A stretch of 64,000 nucleotides of DNA from Phallusia mammillata (taxonomy: Eukaryota). Within the stretch, counting starts at the first letter, position 1. Each line of letters begins with the position of its first letter. A program made the position numbers and the translations under genes. The notes beneath the pieces are model-generated. The model did not search any database and had not been told where the DNA came from. It saw only the letters and a list, made by a program, of their open reading frames with translations. Location: contig OZ281497.1 of the NCBI GenBank assembly GCA_965637545.1, positions 25,482,001 to 25,546,000 of the forward strand, read 5' to 3'. Positions 12,201-27,200 of the stretch are shown here, piece by piece.

Positions 12201-15200
12201 GATTTCAAAAAATAACTCTATTTAATTTTTACTCAAGATTTGTATCTAATGATATAGTGGGCCATTGTCGAAAAGGTTAATACTCAGCCGTGTTTCTCAA
12301 AGAATATTTTTTTACTTCAAACTTTAGTTGAGTCTGCTTATGGTCATGCTGAGAAAGAGTCCAAAAATAAAAGAGAAATAAACTAAAACTTAACAATTAT
12401 GTAAAATATGTATGGGCTAACAGTGTCTTATTAGGGTTTTTTTCTTTAAGAAAGTGTACCGACATTACAAGATATATTTGTAAAAACGTTTGACCAAGGT
12501 GTTTTTAGCGAAACTTTTTTGTTGTGCGGGCAAAATCTAAAGGCTAAAAACAGCAACCTAACTGAAAATCATGTTTTTTTTGTCATCTGCACCAGGCATT
12601 GAAGTCGCTAGTTTCTGTTATTTGATGCAACAAAATGAACTTACACCAGTTCACGAAATCCCCAAAGGCTACAACGCAAGGTTTTCGGACTAAAAAAAGC
12701 TTTTTTCGTGCAAGCGGTGCAAAAATTGCTGAAACCGTTTTGACAGTTTGTGGAAACTACACGACAGTTCAAAAATCCCCGCAAATCCGATAACCAAAAG
12801 CCCTAGAGGCATATTCATCGCCATATATACCTATTCTATGCAGCGTGCACGTCACGAAAACGGCATTTCCTAAAAACTAACGCTTTATTCTCTATTATCC
12901 AACACATTGCATAGACGAATTTTAATAAGAGCTCCTATCCTTTGCATCTATTCTTAAACAAAAAACGGCGTAATTTTTCGCACACCTCCCACACAGCTAT
13001 AGAGAATGGATCATGCAAATGGACAGCGGGTTCGGTTACCATTCTTTGGACCACTCACCACACGACGACTGGTTATTGCCTGTTTCCAGCGTTTCTGGCG
13101 AAAACTGACACCCACGACTGGACGTTGCAATAACTGCGGTATACCGTATACGGTGGCGGTAATTTCCACGCAAAGCTTCGGTGTCCATTGTCTTCGCGGT
13201 ACCATGGGGCATAATTTCTACGCAAAATACCCACGCCTTTGCCGCACAGTTTTCTATTGAGAAGCAAAACGGCCCAGTTTGGCAATATTGAGAAGATATA
13301 AAAACTTATTGCTGTCAGGCATAATGTATAAACGAGTATTTGCTCCTTCGGTAGTTTTTGTTCTAAATAATCGACGTTTCGATGTCCCATATAAGACGCC
13401 TTCTCGAGGATAAAGACATATATCGCCAGACACAGGTATTATTCTAACTGTCGTAGCTACTTTTCTATTTTGGTAACAAATAAGAATGCTGTTTACAATG
13501 GAAAAAATCTACATTATTGTTGATACATTGCCCAACGAACAAGGCTGATTTAACTGAACTGAAATCTTCAGTTGTTGCAACGATTATCTGCAGCTATGAA
13601 TGATATGCACGCCTTTAACTAATTAATAGTTGAGTTATAAGACAAGGACACACATGTGGTGACAACGTTGTTTTTGGTAGTCTTTTGAATTGGTATGAGC
13701 TGTTTGATTCAATGTAGGGTGTTTCATCAACAAAATGCCAATTACCTACCGCTTACATAGTGGCCACGTTTTGTCTGGTGAACTTTTTCTTTGTTTCTCA
13801 ACTTTGTGATGTGCACGATTTTACCAATTCTGTACTATTTGTTTGGTCAGCTTATTGTAACCCAAATTTAAAGTCAACGTTAAAAAGTGTACTTGCTACA
13901 TGGCTTTTAATTACACGTCCAATACAGAATATATAAATAGCCATATTTCCAAACATCTCGTAGGCACTAAAATATATATGGACATGGAAATTCGATTTAC
14001 CACGTCAATATGCACGTTAACGATCTCGTATAACCCATAACAAACAAAGGTCGGATACACGGTACAGCAGCAGGGCATACGCCGGTTGCATAACTTACCG
14101 GGAGAATAGCACCTCTTCGGGAGCGGTTTGACTTTCTCCCACCGGTTGAAGTCGGGCTTGTATCTCTCCACATTGTCGAGTACCCCGGGCTTCTTCCGGT
14201 TCTTCGGCGAAGCCATGAGGCCGCCTGCGCCGCGAAAAGAGCAATTAATCGCCGGGGTCGTGTGACACCGCATCGCGCGTGGATAAAGGTAGGAAGGATG
14301 CAGTGTAACCAGATAATACGGCGACATTTACATGCATACGCTCAGCATCGCACGCCGCGGTCGTTTGTGATGTCACAGTCGGTAAGGATGCGCGCCAACG
14401 GACGTTGCAATTCTGGTTAGCGCTTTAACGAATAGAGCAAGAATTGCCGCGTCACTGCAAGGCATAATTAGCAGCCTGACCGCGTTTTACGTGAGAATGC
14501 GTTTAAGTGGCGAATGTCCTAAGTAGGAATATAGGAAACAGCGTATATTCCTTATCTTTTAACCACACCGGGAACAGGTAGTTGGGGGGAATAGCTTTTG
14601 TGACGTTAAAAGGTCTGTGCATGTGCGCATTGTAAACGGTATTTTAAGAAACGTTTTAATCCAAAATCTTATTTTGCCATTGAATGACGAATTTCAAATT
14701 TCCAGCTTTTAATTTGTTTAATATGCATTGTGACGTAACAAACACGCGGTTCGTTTCCAATCACACATTTCCTCGGCGAAAACAGACGTTTTTCGTTTTC
14801 AACTCAAAGACCGCGTATTCTTTTTTCACTTGAATTGCACGTTACAACATATGGGCATTTGTTCTATTAAAAATAACATCAAAATTGCTTTATTTTCACT
14901 GTAATTGGTGTGGTGTACATTGAACTGGCAGTTGTCATATACTGGGTACTGTAACGACCATTAAACGGTTATTTGAGGCCAAGTGCTGAAGCCTTTCGTA
15001 CAGACTATTTTCAGAAAACCATTCCCAAATTAATGAATTCTTACATAACCGGTTCATTAAGCGCTTAGTGGAACACGTTTCGACGTTGTATACATTATCC
15101 TTTTCTGCTTTACCATTTTTCTGCTTTACGAGTTGTTTAAATTTAAATCCGTTCTTGCCAGAGTTATAAGCGGCCAAATCGTGTAGCGAGGCCGGAAACA

Positions 15201-18200
15201 TACCCTTTAACGTTAAAACACAACATCTCAAGGGGAACTACCTAATGATCTCCATTGAGAATTTGCTCCCTATGAGCTATGACGTAATTATTGCCCAAAC
15301 AAAACTCAAATGATTTAGGCAGTGACATAGGAGGTTGCAGAAACGACATTTTTGCAACAATGTTTGACGAAGCATTTTAAAAATCTTGAAATTTAAGCAG
15401 AAAAATATTTTTTAAGAAAAAAACGTTTTCAAACGCAGTGAACCATAAAAAGCTATTACGTGACGTCACGCACCTGCTACGTAGACAGCCCCGTCCACTG
15501 ATGCGGAACCGTGTCGTTCTCGGGGGTGATTCATACTGGCCAGAGGACTCCACTGGTCGATGTTGGAAAAGTAGACAGACACTGAATCCACTGTCATGCC
15601 GGAGTTGCTATGACCACCAGTGATGTACACGTCGTTCTTGTGCGAACACACACTACGAGAAGCGAAAGTTATGAGTAAATTTCGCCTAAGCAAATACATT
15701 TTTGGCAGTTTATTAAAAACCAATAAACCGTTCTTTGTGAAACAAAAAAGAATTGATCAATGCAGGAGATTTAAACACACTCTTTAGGACATTTTACAAA
15801 TACAGTCATACCATCTAATACAAAGTATCACATAATTACTGCTATGCAACTTCTAGCTCTTGGCGGCTTCGCCAAAATCCCTAGCAGGAAGTAACAGCGG
15901 TCCCAGTTTTGAAACCGCTGGTTTAGTTTACAAAAAAAAACAAAAATATCAAGGACCTTGCATATCGCACATGAATGAATAGACGTTGATGGCAAGAATA
16001 GCGATTGGTAAAAGGTTTTCTTAAATCGTAAGTTTATTTTACATACAGAGTTTTCAGTTTTACACGTCCAAAAACATAAGGTATTAAACTGTAAACATAT
16101 TTACTCGTGCAATTTGGATAATAAAAACACCGCGAATCCGATCATTTGGATGATAAAAAATGTTTAGAAATGTACATAAATATTTTTTGACCCGAATTTT
16201 CATTTCGTACACTTAAAAAAATAACGCTGAAATCTTCATATGCCTAGCAACCAACAGTAGTTACCTGTAGCTGTGCATCGATGCGTGACAAGTGGAAATA
16301 TCACCGAGTGAAATCCAATCGCGTTTTAATGGATGGTAACATTCTGTGTATAGGAGACGGCGGTTGTTGCAGATTCCTCCTACCACGACAAGTACTTCGC
16401 TGATGCCTGTTGGAAAATCACAGTAAATGTTAGGGATGTGTCAAAACTGCAAATGTTCTGTTTGGTCGAACACCGAGCATCTCGCGATGATGCTCGCTGC
16501 CAGCCCATTTTCAATTCTACGCTAGGTCCCAGAAGTACGCGTTTTTTTACCTACCAACGGATTTAAATAAACAGTCATTTTTGTTCATGGATATCTTTTC
16601 GAACACCAGTAACGTATGTTAGTTGAGTTTTGAGTATTCTGGTTTAGCTGGACATATGTTGAGGCAACTTTTGCTGAAAAATTTGGTAATTACCTGCTTG
16701 CAAACAAGACTTATTTTTCGGACTGTCGTCTGGTTGTGGTTAAAACGTTAAAAAACAATAAAATTAACATAAAAAGCGTTTTGGAACACGAGCTACGGAT
16801 TTGTTCATTAGTGAAAGCATGTCGCTTTAAACGTCTATTTGGGCCGTTGGTTTATCGTTAAACAAAAAGTGTTATGCGTTAAAAATCTTGATACAATGAT
16901 GCTAATTTTGTCGCAAGTAATTTACAAAATGGTTTTGATGCATGGAAAACCACATTGAACTTACGCATCACATACAAAACATGCGAAAGCAAAAACAAGA
17001 TCCAGTGTCGTTTTTTGTCTTGAACTAAGTTTTTCGACAACGACTCAATTTAAATCGTTTATTATGTTATAACAAAACATATATGTTTTCATTGATTTAT
17101 AGGTAAGCATATGACGCACTAAATTGTAAATGAAAGATTCTGACGAAAACGACGCTGGCGTAACCGACGATTATTCCGTTTACTGTATATTGTCCTAAGA
17201 CCTACTGTGTCACTTTCAATTAGTAAATATAATGACAACATGCTACAAATTTCGAAAAATGTACAAGGCTTTAATGGACTTTTCGAACCCATGTCTTTTT
17301 CGTAGACTACATTAAATTTTTTGGTTGAGGATATTTTAGAGTGTGATTCAGGGCCAATTCCACAGTATAGGTTATATCCACACTTCCTTTAAAATACAAT
17401 TGCATCCAACCGTCACCTATACATTACAAGTAGAAATTTGGACTTTATATCGAACAGTAGGCAAGGCTTGGCATCACATAGGCACTCAGTATAGCAAGGG
17501 CATAGGGGAGGTCATATGTGATAGGATGTCGACTCGTCACCGACCTTTGCTGCCAGGGTGCGTGCTTACCGTAGCAACGACGATCAATATTGCGCTACTT
17601 CCGTACGGAATTGAAAATCCCCTTTACGTGTGCTGGAAGTCGTACGTTACCGAAAAGTTAAGTGAGGTTGTATGATGAAGCGCTGATGGAAACTGACTAA
17701 CTATAGAAACTAAAACGTGACATCAAATGACACGAATTGATTCCAGTTTGGAGGAAATGAGGAAGTATAGGCGTTAAGAAGACGCAAATTTATTGTTCAA
17801 ACGTTTCGGCAGATGCTCATGCCATCAGCAGTGATACAAAGGGGCACATCTGTTATTTTTATCATTAACCTTTCGAACAGATCTGCATGTAGTGTTACCA
17901 AGTTCGAGGGTTTTGAAAGAAAAACTAATCAATACATTGACCGAACTGGTCGGTTTGAACTTACAACAAACCGCACTCGATTGCTGTAAAAGTTTTTGGA
18001 AGTCAACCACTTTATTTAAAATCCCACAAAAATGCTGCTAGTTGCAATAAAAATCAAATGACTTAGAATGTATGTCGCATTTTTACCAGGCGTTTGTCGT
18101 TACCCACAAAAACTTTACATAATACGACCAGCAACTGCTAAAATGTAATATTTGAGAGAAATTTTTACTAGACCCTCCGAACTGTTACGGCATGTCACAA

Positions 18201-21200
18201 AAACAACGCCAGCAACTGTTAGGTAAAAAACGCTAAAAGTTCATATTTTTTTATCAAACGCTTGAATTTACCCCCTAAAGAGTTAGAGCTATGTACAAAA
18301 ATTCCGCAATCATTTTTTAAGGTAAAATACCTCACAGGTCAAATTTTATTAGATGCTTGGATTTACCCCGTTAAGGCATGCTGTTAAAAATACCGCCAAT
18401 GACTGATAAAGGTAAAAAAAATATTGCAAGTTCGAATTTTAACAGACGCTTGGCACACCCTTCAAAACCGTTAGGTATGGGGTAACTCTAACTGCAACAA
18501 ATACCGCCAGCATTTGTGAAAAGGCGAAATGGGTTCGTTGCCACAGTCAACCCTAACAAAAATAGGAAACTACTGCATTAAGGGAAAACCCACCAGAAGC
18601 GGCTCGCGGTCGGGTGTGGGGAAGACGACTCTGTTTCCATTCACTACTTCCCCCAGCGTGATATTTACAAGCTTCGGCAATGATTTCCTGGACTTCGTCG
18701 CTTCCCTGCGCAAAAACAACCGGTTGGGTGAAGATAACAGGAAAAAATATGTCCGTTTTCGCTTCATGGGATTAGGAGAAACTGATAATGATATTCATAC
18801 AAAACATGTGGATTATAATTTATAGGCAAGACAGAACCGTAAGCTGGACCAGAGTTGTAAACGGGCCTGAAACTGGAGCCCGAACACGAATCGTTTTTAA
18901 GGAGGCCGTCTACACTTTTTTGCTTGGCGCGTCTTTTACAGTTAAGCGTTTGTATTGCACTAACATTTTTATTAGGGATGTGCCGAGCCGAGCCAGAACC
19001 CGAGTACTCAGTACCGAGCATCGCTGTTTGTAATGCTCGGTGCTCGGCCGAGCAGTTGCACAAACTGACCCGAGCGCTAAATTTGCATATTCATGACCTG
19101 CTAACATATGTAACTGGTGTTCGAAAGGGTGTCTATGAACAAAAACGAATGATTTTTCAAATGCACTAGGTGGTGGAAAAACGCCTAAAACGTAGAAAGA
19201 GGATTTTTTGTGACGTCATAATTCACCGAGCGTGCTCGGCCGAGCACCGAGCATTAAAGTGAGATGCTCGGTGCTCGACTAAACAGAACTTTTGCAGTTT
19301 GGGCACATCCCTAATTTTTATAGAATTTTAATTACTGTATCCCTTTTGGGTTTAATATTGTTACAAGCGTTAAAAAACGGTAAAGAATAAACAATTACAG
19401 TGGTTTGGTTTGCATAGTAGACTGGGTAAATATCGTTCAAACCTGACCATTCAACTGGTTCGCATTTTATTGCAATAAACTCAATAAATTGCATGGTTTG
19501 ATTAGTAGATTGTGTACTTTAGAGAAGCCCTTTTTAAATGCACAAAAGTTTTACAATTCCTATGTCGTCCCCTGTACAAATAACAAAGTTGCCAGCGATG
19601 TAGAATAAAACGTAGACCCATAGTGCCCTTTATAAAACATTTTCGCGGTGTAAAAAGGACTATAGAGATGTAGATGAGGGGAACTTTGGGTCGTTTTACA
19701 CGTTTCCGAACGTTTGAAATTTAACACGTGTTCAATGGTGTCTCCAGGCCTCATACTGTCACGGCAATAACCGGTTCCTATTCGTATTTACATGAAGTAT
19801 CTTCATTTTACTACAGTATCTGGCGGTGGTTTAATATTTCGGCTGGCATAAAAGGTCATTCAATACATTTTATCCTTTACTCGCAACGTTTTTTTTTGTC
19901 ACCAATATGTTTTGCAAGAAACGTGTTCTTACGATACTTTATATTAAAGTTTTTCGAAGAACAGTATAGATTCATAATACGTAATTCAAAAAGTAGTTTA
20001 ACCACGTTTCTTTCAAAACATAGTGGTGACAAAAAAACGTTGCGAGTAATGAATAAAGTGTACTGAAAACGTTTATGCAATATGTTTTTCAAGAATTTTA
20101 GGGTTTTACTATTTTTTTAATTGCGTAGTTTGAAGCTTCATACTAAAGATTAAAAACTAACTTTTTCAAAATAAATGTTCTATTTTGTAAAACAAAGTGT
20201 TTAAATAACTTTTATTAATGTAACTTTATATCAACGATTGTATTTTTTCAAGTGCTTTGGCGTTAGTCATTTACTCAGTTTAACATTTTTAATAAATCTT
20301 TGACAAAAGCAAAACGTGAAGGGAGCTTTTTGTCATAGCGATTATACTATGTTACAGATGTTTTAACAATCACTGTGGTCATTATTAGTACGGCTTTGTT
20401 TTCGAAGTCTGTACATACTGTTCCACTACCACCACTGTGCATAGCTTACACATTTTTTTTGATTTTTTGGGATCTGAGTTTAGACATAACAAGGCCAGTT
20501 TTGGGGGAGAGATAAGTTACAATAATGACACACACGCATTGGCCAAGTCTAAGGTCATTTTTTACCTGGAACATCGGATACTTTGCGACGACATCGAAGA
20601 GAAATCGAGGACTGACGAAAAAAAGTCGAACAGATCCGAGAACAGCTGCTGCATGAGACTTTCGTGATTCTTCAAACTTAAAAAACAACAAGGGATTAAA
20701 ATAGTACAACGCGGATATTTAAAAATACGGACTTGGCAACGTACCAGCAGCCAATATCTATTTTTGACCTCCTGTAGAGGATAGGCATGGCAATTTTAGA
20801 GCGTGTTCGGGGGTCTGTGTGGTATATTTAAATGCATATTTTGGCACAACTTCAGGTGAATAACTACCATGCGTGTAAATTTAAATGCATTTTTAAAACA
20901 TTCTTTGTTAGCCACAATGTGGCAATAGACAACAACATGTTACAATGCATAGTACACATACATGTCAACAATTACCGTTTTAATGGTTTCGTGTCTCTTA
21001 GCTACTATATAAAAATCTTGAATAATTTTATTTAGTACATGTGATGTAATAGTCGTTTTCAAATTTTATACTTTTTAAAGGGGGAAGGGGTTAAACTACT
21101 GGATCACTTGGGGTCAAAAGAGCTGCAGTGCGCACAACTTTAGGTCCCGATATTTTATGCGTTATACTACCCTTTTTTGACCCAATCAGAGAAAAAAAAA

Positions 21201-24200
21201 CGAGCGATAGTGCAGAGAAGGTACAATAAGAAACCAATAAAAAAGACATACAAAAAAGATATGGGTCCCATTATGTGTCGGGAACCCATTATAAGTAAAG
21301 AGTTTCCAACGTTTTCTAAGTTTCTATTAGTGGTTTTTACAGCTAAATCTAAAAAAACATGTAACGAATCGCATATTATCCAGAATAGTAATCCTGTACG
21401 ACACTCACCTCCAGCCAGCGGACAGCGGCGTTAAAGACGTGTTCCTCACGTGGTACAACCAGTGAATTGTCGGCAAGGTACTTTGAAAGGGTCGACAGTG
21501 GCAGACGAAGGAACTCGTCTTGTTGCGACACTTTGGCGAAGTTGCGAACGGCGAAATGCCTCGCTTTGCGGTGAAGGCGATCTGCATGAAAACGGACATT
21601 GCTCTTTAACGCCCACCAACGGCTAGATTTTTTTTTTATTTTGACCACAAGATGACGTTGAGTATCGGTGAGTGTACGTTGCTAAAGTTACCCAACGGGG
21701 CAAAGCAAGAAGTTTTAAATTTCCCATACTCTGTAATTAGGAATTGGCTAATAAAACTTTAAAAAAAACTTTTATTTGACATGCTTTCGTATATTTGACA
21801 TGTTTGTAACACCATACTTCGAAGAAATGTTATTTTAACGTTTGTTAATCAAAATACTCTTATTTTTTGACTAAAGTTGAGTTTATATCGCTTGGTGAAA
21901 AAAACATAGTGACACAATTGCACTAAAACAAACAAGCAAGAAATAGCTGCGCAACGTTATGGATCGCAAAAAGTGAGGGACACAATATAAAGTTAATGGC
22001 TAGACTCGCTGCAGCTACACCATATTATAAGGTGTAATGTGACTGGGGCTCATAAGAAAGTGAGGTACGTTCAGTGTTTTTTTAAGGTGTTTTGGGGGAC
22101 CGTTTCGGTTTAAGGTGTTTTGGGGGACCGTTTCAAATTTCTCCAGCGGTTTCCCAAAATTTGGACTTATGGCTATTTTTTTGCAAATATGGCTATTTTT
22201 TGTATTTAAATGAACACTTGCGGTCTCTTAAAACTACTTAGCGGTCACCCAAACCAAACCTTAAAAAAACCCTGGGTACATGCATTGTAGATTTGAGGTT
22301 TATTTAGGCCTTTATGTACACAGGCAACATTTTGCCCATTAATAAGGCACTTAAAGTTTAATAGCTTTTATGTAGCACATTTGTTTGACTTTTTTAGCCA
22401 AATGGACATTATATTTCCAACAAAAAATGTTTTGAATGTCGCCCGATTGTGTACTTTGTTGCAAGTTTGGCAGAATTTGCACTGGACATGGATTGGAAAA
22501 GCAGTTTAATCCAGAACAAAAATTGCCTTACATCTTGTGTATAGCGAATACATGAGCTATCGCCAGACTGCAATAATAAGTTATCACTATAAACATGCCC
22601 TTGTCAGTCTGTACAATTATTCAGGTATTTCTAGTACTTGTTTGGTACTGGATGCTTTTAGAGCATGATAAGCTTTCAATTTTTTCAAAATATTGAAAAA
22701 AAATAAGTACTTCAAATTTCTAAAAAATCAAATATATACCTAATCTTGAAATTGTTTGAAATATAACTCATGACAATTTAGACAAGAGAGTCTTTTGCCC
22801 AGCCGCTTTACGCTGTTATAAAAAAATGTAGACCATGGAACCAACTAACTCGTGTTGAAGTAATTGTATTGACAAAATTTGATAGATTAGTCAAGACTTA
22901 AACCCAGAACCTGTGACATAATACATGTGACAAATATGTGCTTACCAAGTGAATGTAAAGAAGCAAACTGCATGAGTCCCAGGCAGTTACTCTCAGCAAC
23001 TTGTCTTATGAGGAAATTCTCACAATGGTCTTTAAGAGTGTCCATCTGGAAATAATCAGCTGCCTCCACAACATCCTACATTTACAAAAGTTTTTCATTT
23101 AATTTTAAATCAAGTTGGTGTTGAAATGCAAGCAATCTAATAATTTTAAAAAGGGCCATATGAACATGCATTCAATGACATATATAATTCTTAAGTTCAT
23201 TACAATGATGCATAACAAAGTTTACTGCAATTAAACTAATGTTTGCTAGCTTACACCCAACATCCAAAAAAGGTCTTTATACCCCCAAAAGCTATTTTTT
23301 TGCCTTAGTCAACTGTCAAGTAGAGTAAAGTCAAGTCTTAGGATGATTACAACTAAACTTTTTCCTACACACAATATGAAACTGAATATTACTAGTTAAA
23401 TATTTGTGAAATTATATATTTAGCTAGTGACCAAATAATCCAAAACGTCTAAAACAAATCTAAATACATAAGTTGCCAGCAACTGAAGATCTTGGCAAAC
23501 AATGAAAACTAATGTAGGGATCAGTAGCACCTTGACAGCATGCCAAATCTGAGTGCAAAGCCATTACCAAATTGACACAAAAAATTCACTCTTCTCTCCA
23601 TGGCGGGAAAAAGTGGGGAAATGGGGATGCTCCATCCCGGGAAATCGGTCACATTTGCGGGAATTTTTTAGCTCATTGTGTAAAAGCGAACACAAAAGTC
23701 GAAAATAAGTTTTGCGGTCGAATAGCGCAACAGCGCCAGTTTTTGTTACTGGTTACATCCGGCGATGCAACAAAACGTGATTTAACTAAAACGCTGCGAC
23801 ACATAGGTCAACACACAAGGTGCTGAGTGTTTTTGTTCGCATTGCGTGTGTGTGCACACGAGCACAACAATACGCATTTGTTTCACAACAAGTATAGCAA
23901 TGGCGCGAAACAAAAACAAGCAGCAACATGAATGAAAAACAGAGGTAAATCCAGATGCACAGTAGTGATAGTACACATCGTTGTTACGAATTTTAATCTT
24001 TACTAATCGGCTGGAGTTATTTTCAGAACTTGACAGACTAATTATTGAGTTTAAAAATATACTGCATCTCAGTGGTTTGTTTTTTGAACACTTACGAATA
24101 GCGTAGTAGAAAGCATGAAAGCGCATAAAAAAGTTTGGAATACTCTTTGTGTGCGAAAATTACAACGTTGCTGCGTTAGTTTAGTGCTCCTGTTGCGTAT

Positions 24201-27200
24201 AACAACTTGGGGGATTTACCGGAAAAAGGCGGGAAATTTTGGTGGCTTCCCGGGAAATTTGCATTTTTTCTAGCCCTGCTTTTCTCATTTAAAGAGTGCT
24301 GACTCCTGAACTAATACATGTGAATAAAAGTAAACATTTTAAGATATTTTGTTCAGATCTTCATTCACTCAATAAGTATAGTGTCATTGCTACGCATATT
24401 TCATCAAAAGGGTAGTTGCTAGCTACTTGATTGCAAAAATACAATTTCTTTCGATTTACTAACCTGTGCATTACTGGTTGTAACTTTGATAGGTTCAGCA
24501 TATGCATGGCGCACAAGCATCTCCAAAATCTCCGGTTTATGGCCTTGGATGGTTACTTTCCCTTCCCTTTCTTCTTTCATTCTGAAAAATTTTGGAAAAT
24601 AAATAAATTTTTGTTTTAAAACCATTTTGTTAAAGACAAAAATTGCACCTCAGGGTCTGGATAGCATGTTCAATAGCTTTGGCTTATTCATTTATACCAA
24701 GCCTACTTAAGTTAACCCCAATTAGTGATGGGACGATAGCAGGTTTTGAAGCGAGTACCGATACCGAGTATGAGTACCACTTGTGTATACCTTCGATACC
24801 GAGTACCAAGTACTTAGGTACAGTGTTGTACTTAGTTGTATATCACTGGCTAATTTATCTGCAATGGCCAGGGTACAAGTGTGCACACACACATGCAGAA
24901 AAATGTAATCTCCATATGATAGCGAAAAAATATACGTAACCCTGCAGAACTTTTTCCCGATTTTGTGCTGTCCGAAGCAAATATTGGCATAAAGCTGCCT
25001 GTATTCTGATGGTGTAAATCGGCCTTCGGTACTCGCACGTTGGTATCGAAAACTGAGACAAAATATTTCGATACCGAGTATCGATACCACTGAAATCGTT
25101 TGATACCATCGATACCAAGTACTGGGTACCCGTCCCATCACTAACCCCAATAAAACTGAATTTATTTAGCAAGGAGTTCGGAGACATTGTATTACTGTAT
25201 ACTTAATTAAAATATTTATAACAGAAACAAGTGTTGATCTACATTCACATTGTGCATTAAATGCATGTTAGCTTGCAGTTTTTTAAGTTGGCATGTGATG
25301 TTTCACTTATTTTTAATTTATATCAAGTGTTGTTAGGTCTGATTTCCGAAAAGCCAAAAATGTTTGGTTCAGCTAGTCCAAGTACAGCAACCGAGTTATC
25401 AAAAACAAAATTATTGAACGAGCTTCAATCTGTTTTGTGATTTTTAATGGCTACATTTTATAATTATCAGTCCTACTAAAAAGCCCTGGTGTGCCGCTAG
25501 TCTTCAATAGTTACTTACTTTGAACTTAGTAGACCATGAAAGTAGGGACTGCAAGCAGCCAACACTACTTTGTGGCAGGGAATTTCATGGTCGTCCACCA
25601 CAAGAGTTACATCAGTGAATTCATTGCTCTGTATAGGAAAACAAAGCAAAAAACAAATTGTGATCATCATTCATATCAGTGCTCTATGGACTCTTGTTTA
25701 TTGACTCTTGCAACACATTTTGACAAAAGTGGTAGAGTAAATTTTTTTTTCATAAACAGAGAATGGGAAATTACAAAACTGAAGCAAGCTAGCTAGTTAG
25801 GAAAACTTTTTTAGCAAAACTACATTCCAGCAAAACTACATATACTTTGTCATGCTGTCCCAAACTTGACCAAAAGTGCAGCCACTTTTGAATGGCATAA
25901 TGGGACATTTGATCAAGTTAGATAACTTATAAGTAACCAAAAACAGATTTTTTTTGCATTTTCTTGGCAGCAAAAAAACTGTTTTAGCACCACCTTGGGT
26001 TAACCCAAGAATATATATAGCTTAAAATGTGTTTTATATTTGCATTTTAGCACTATAAATCTTTTTTTATTATTGTATTAGTGTGTGGCAACACTGAGTT
26101 CAGGGATAAAAAAAGCTGGAGAAAGGCATGATAAAAACATAAAAGATAGTTATAACTTAAGACATGGATGAATAGCTGGCATCAGCCATGCAGACCAGCG
26201 ATCATGGCACACTCATATAGTAATCATAATAAGACAGGTCTATTGAAGGGTGGGATACTGAATCAGCTGGTTATGAATGCTTGGTAACACCTTTTAATAG
26301 GCCTGGCGAACTATGATAAAAGATAACTGTTCCAAAATGCAATGTCTTTTAATGGTTATGGTCAGTGTTTTTTTAAGGTGTTTTCAAATTTCTCCAGCGG
26401 TTTCCCAAAATTTGGACTTGCAACTACAGTACTATTTTTTGGTATTTAAATGAAACACTTGTGGTCTCTTAAAACTACTTAGCGGTCACCCAAACCAAAC
26501 CTTAAAAAACCTGGTTATGGTAATGCAAAGACAGACCTAAAAAGATTGAGTTGCATTAGAACTGCTCTATTACAGACTTACACATCGCAAGTTTTGCAAC
26601 TTGTCGACCAAGACCGTCCGCTGATTTAAGCTCTGCAGGTGGTGAGACGACTGTTTTCTACATGGAACAAAAGAGTGATCCACTGATGAATCACTAGAAC
26701 TGCTTCCTGTCCTTGTCCTGTCACAAAATTTAGTTTGTTACATGGTTAGGTGAAGCACAAACAGGCAATAGCAAAATATGCAGTACATGAGTTTTTTTTT
26801 ACACCACAAGTACATGAAAAAGGTCTGTAAGGGAATTTCACAAATCTAAGGCCACAATGACGTACAAAAAATGTTTCACTCTCAAACTGTTTTGTTATTT
26901 CTTTATGTTTTTTACAAACAGGTATGCCAGTTTGAAACACTGTTTACGGATTTGTTCATAAGTTTCATGGTGAAAATAACAGCCCAAATAGACGTAAAGA
27001 GTGACATGCTTTATTGTTTAAACATTTCGGCAAATGTTCATTCCATCATCAGTGATATGAGGGCCACATCAGTTACACCCGTTTATATCCACTTAAATTA
27101 TGTAACAAATTAACAAAAAAGTGAATCTCTTTTTAAGTCCATTTGGGCCGTTTTTTTATCATTAAAGTTACACCGGTGTTTCTTAAACTGTTTTACTCTA

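Noticed and set aside
18924-19169. 81-aa ORF with a signal-peptide-like start
   Set aside because: Most of it lies inside the hAT MITE at 18973-19313.
24643-25187. Overlapping ORFs of 62-142 aa
   Set aside because: They derive from the palindromic MITE at 24723-25143.
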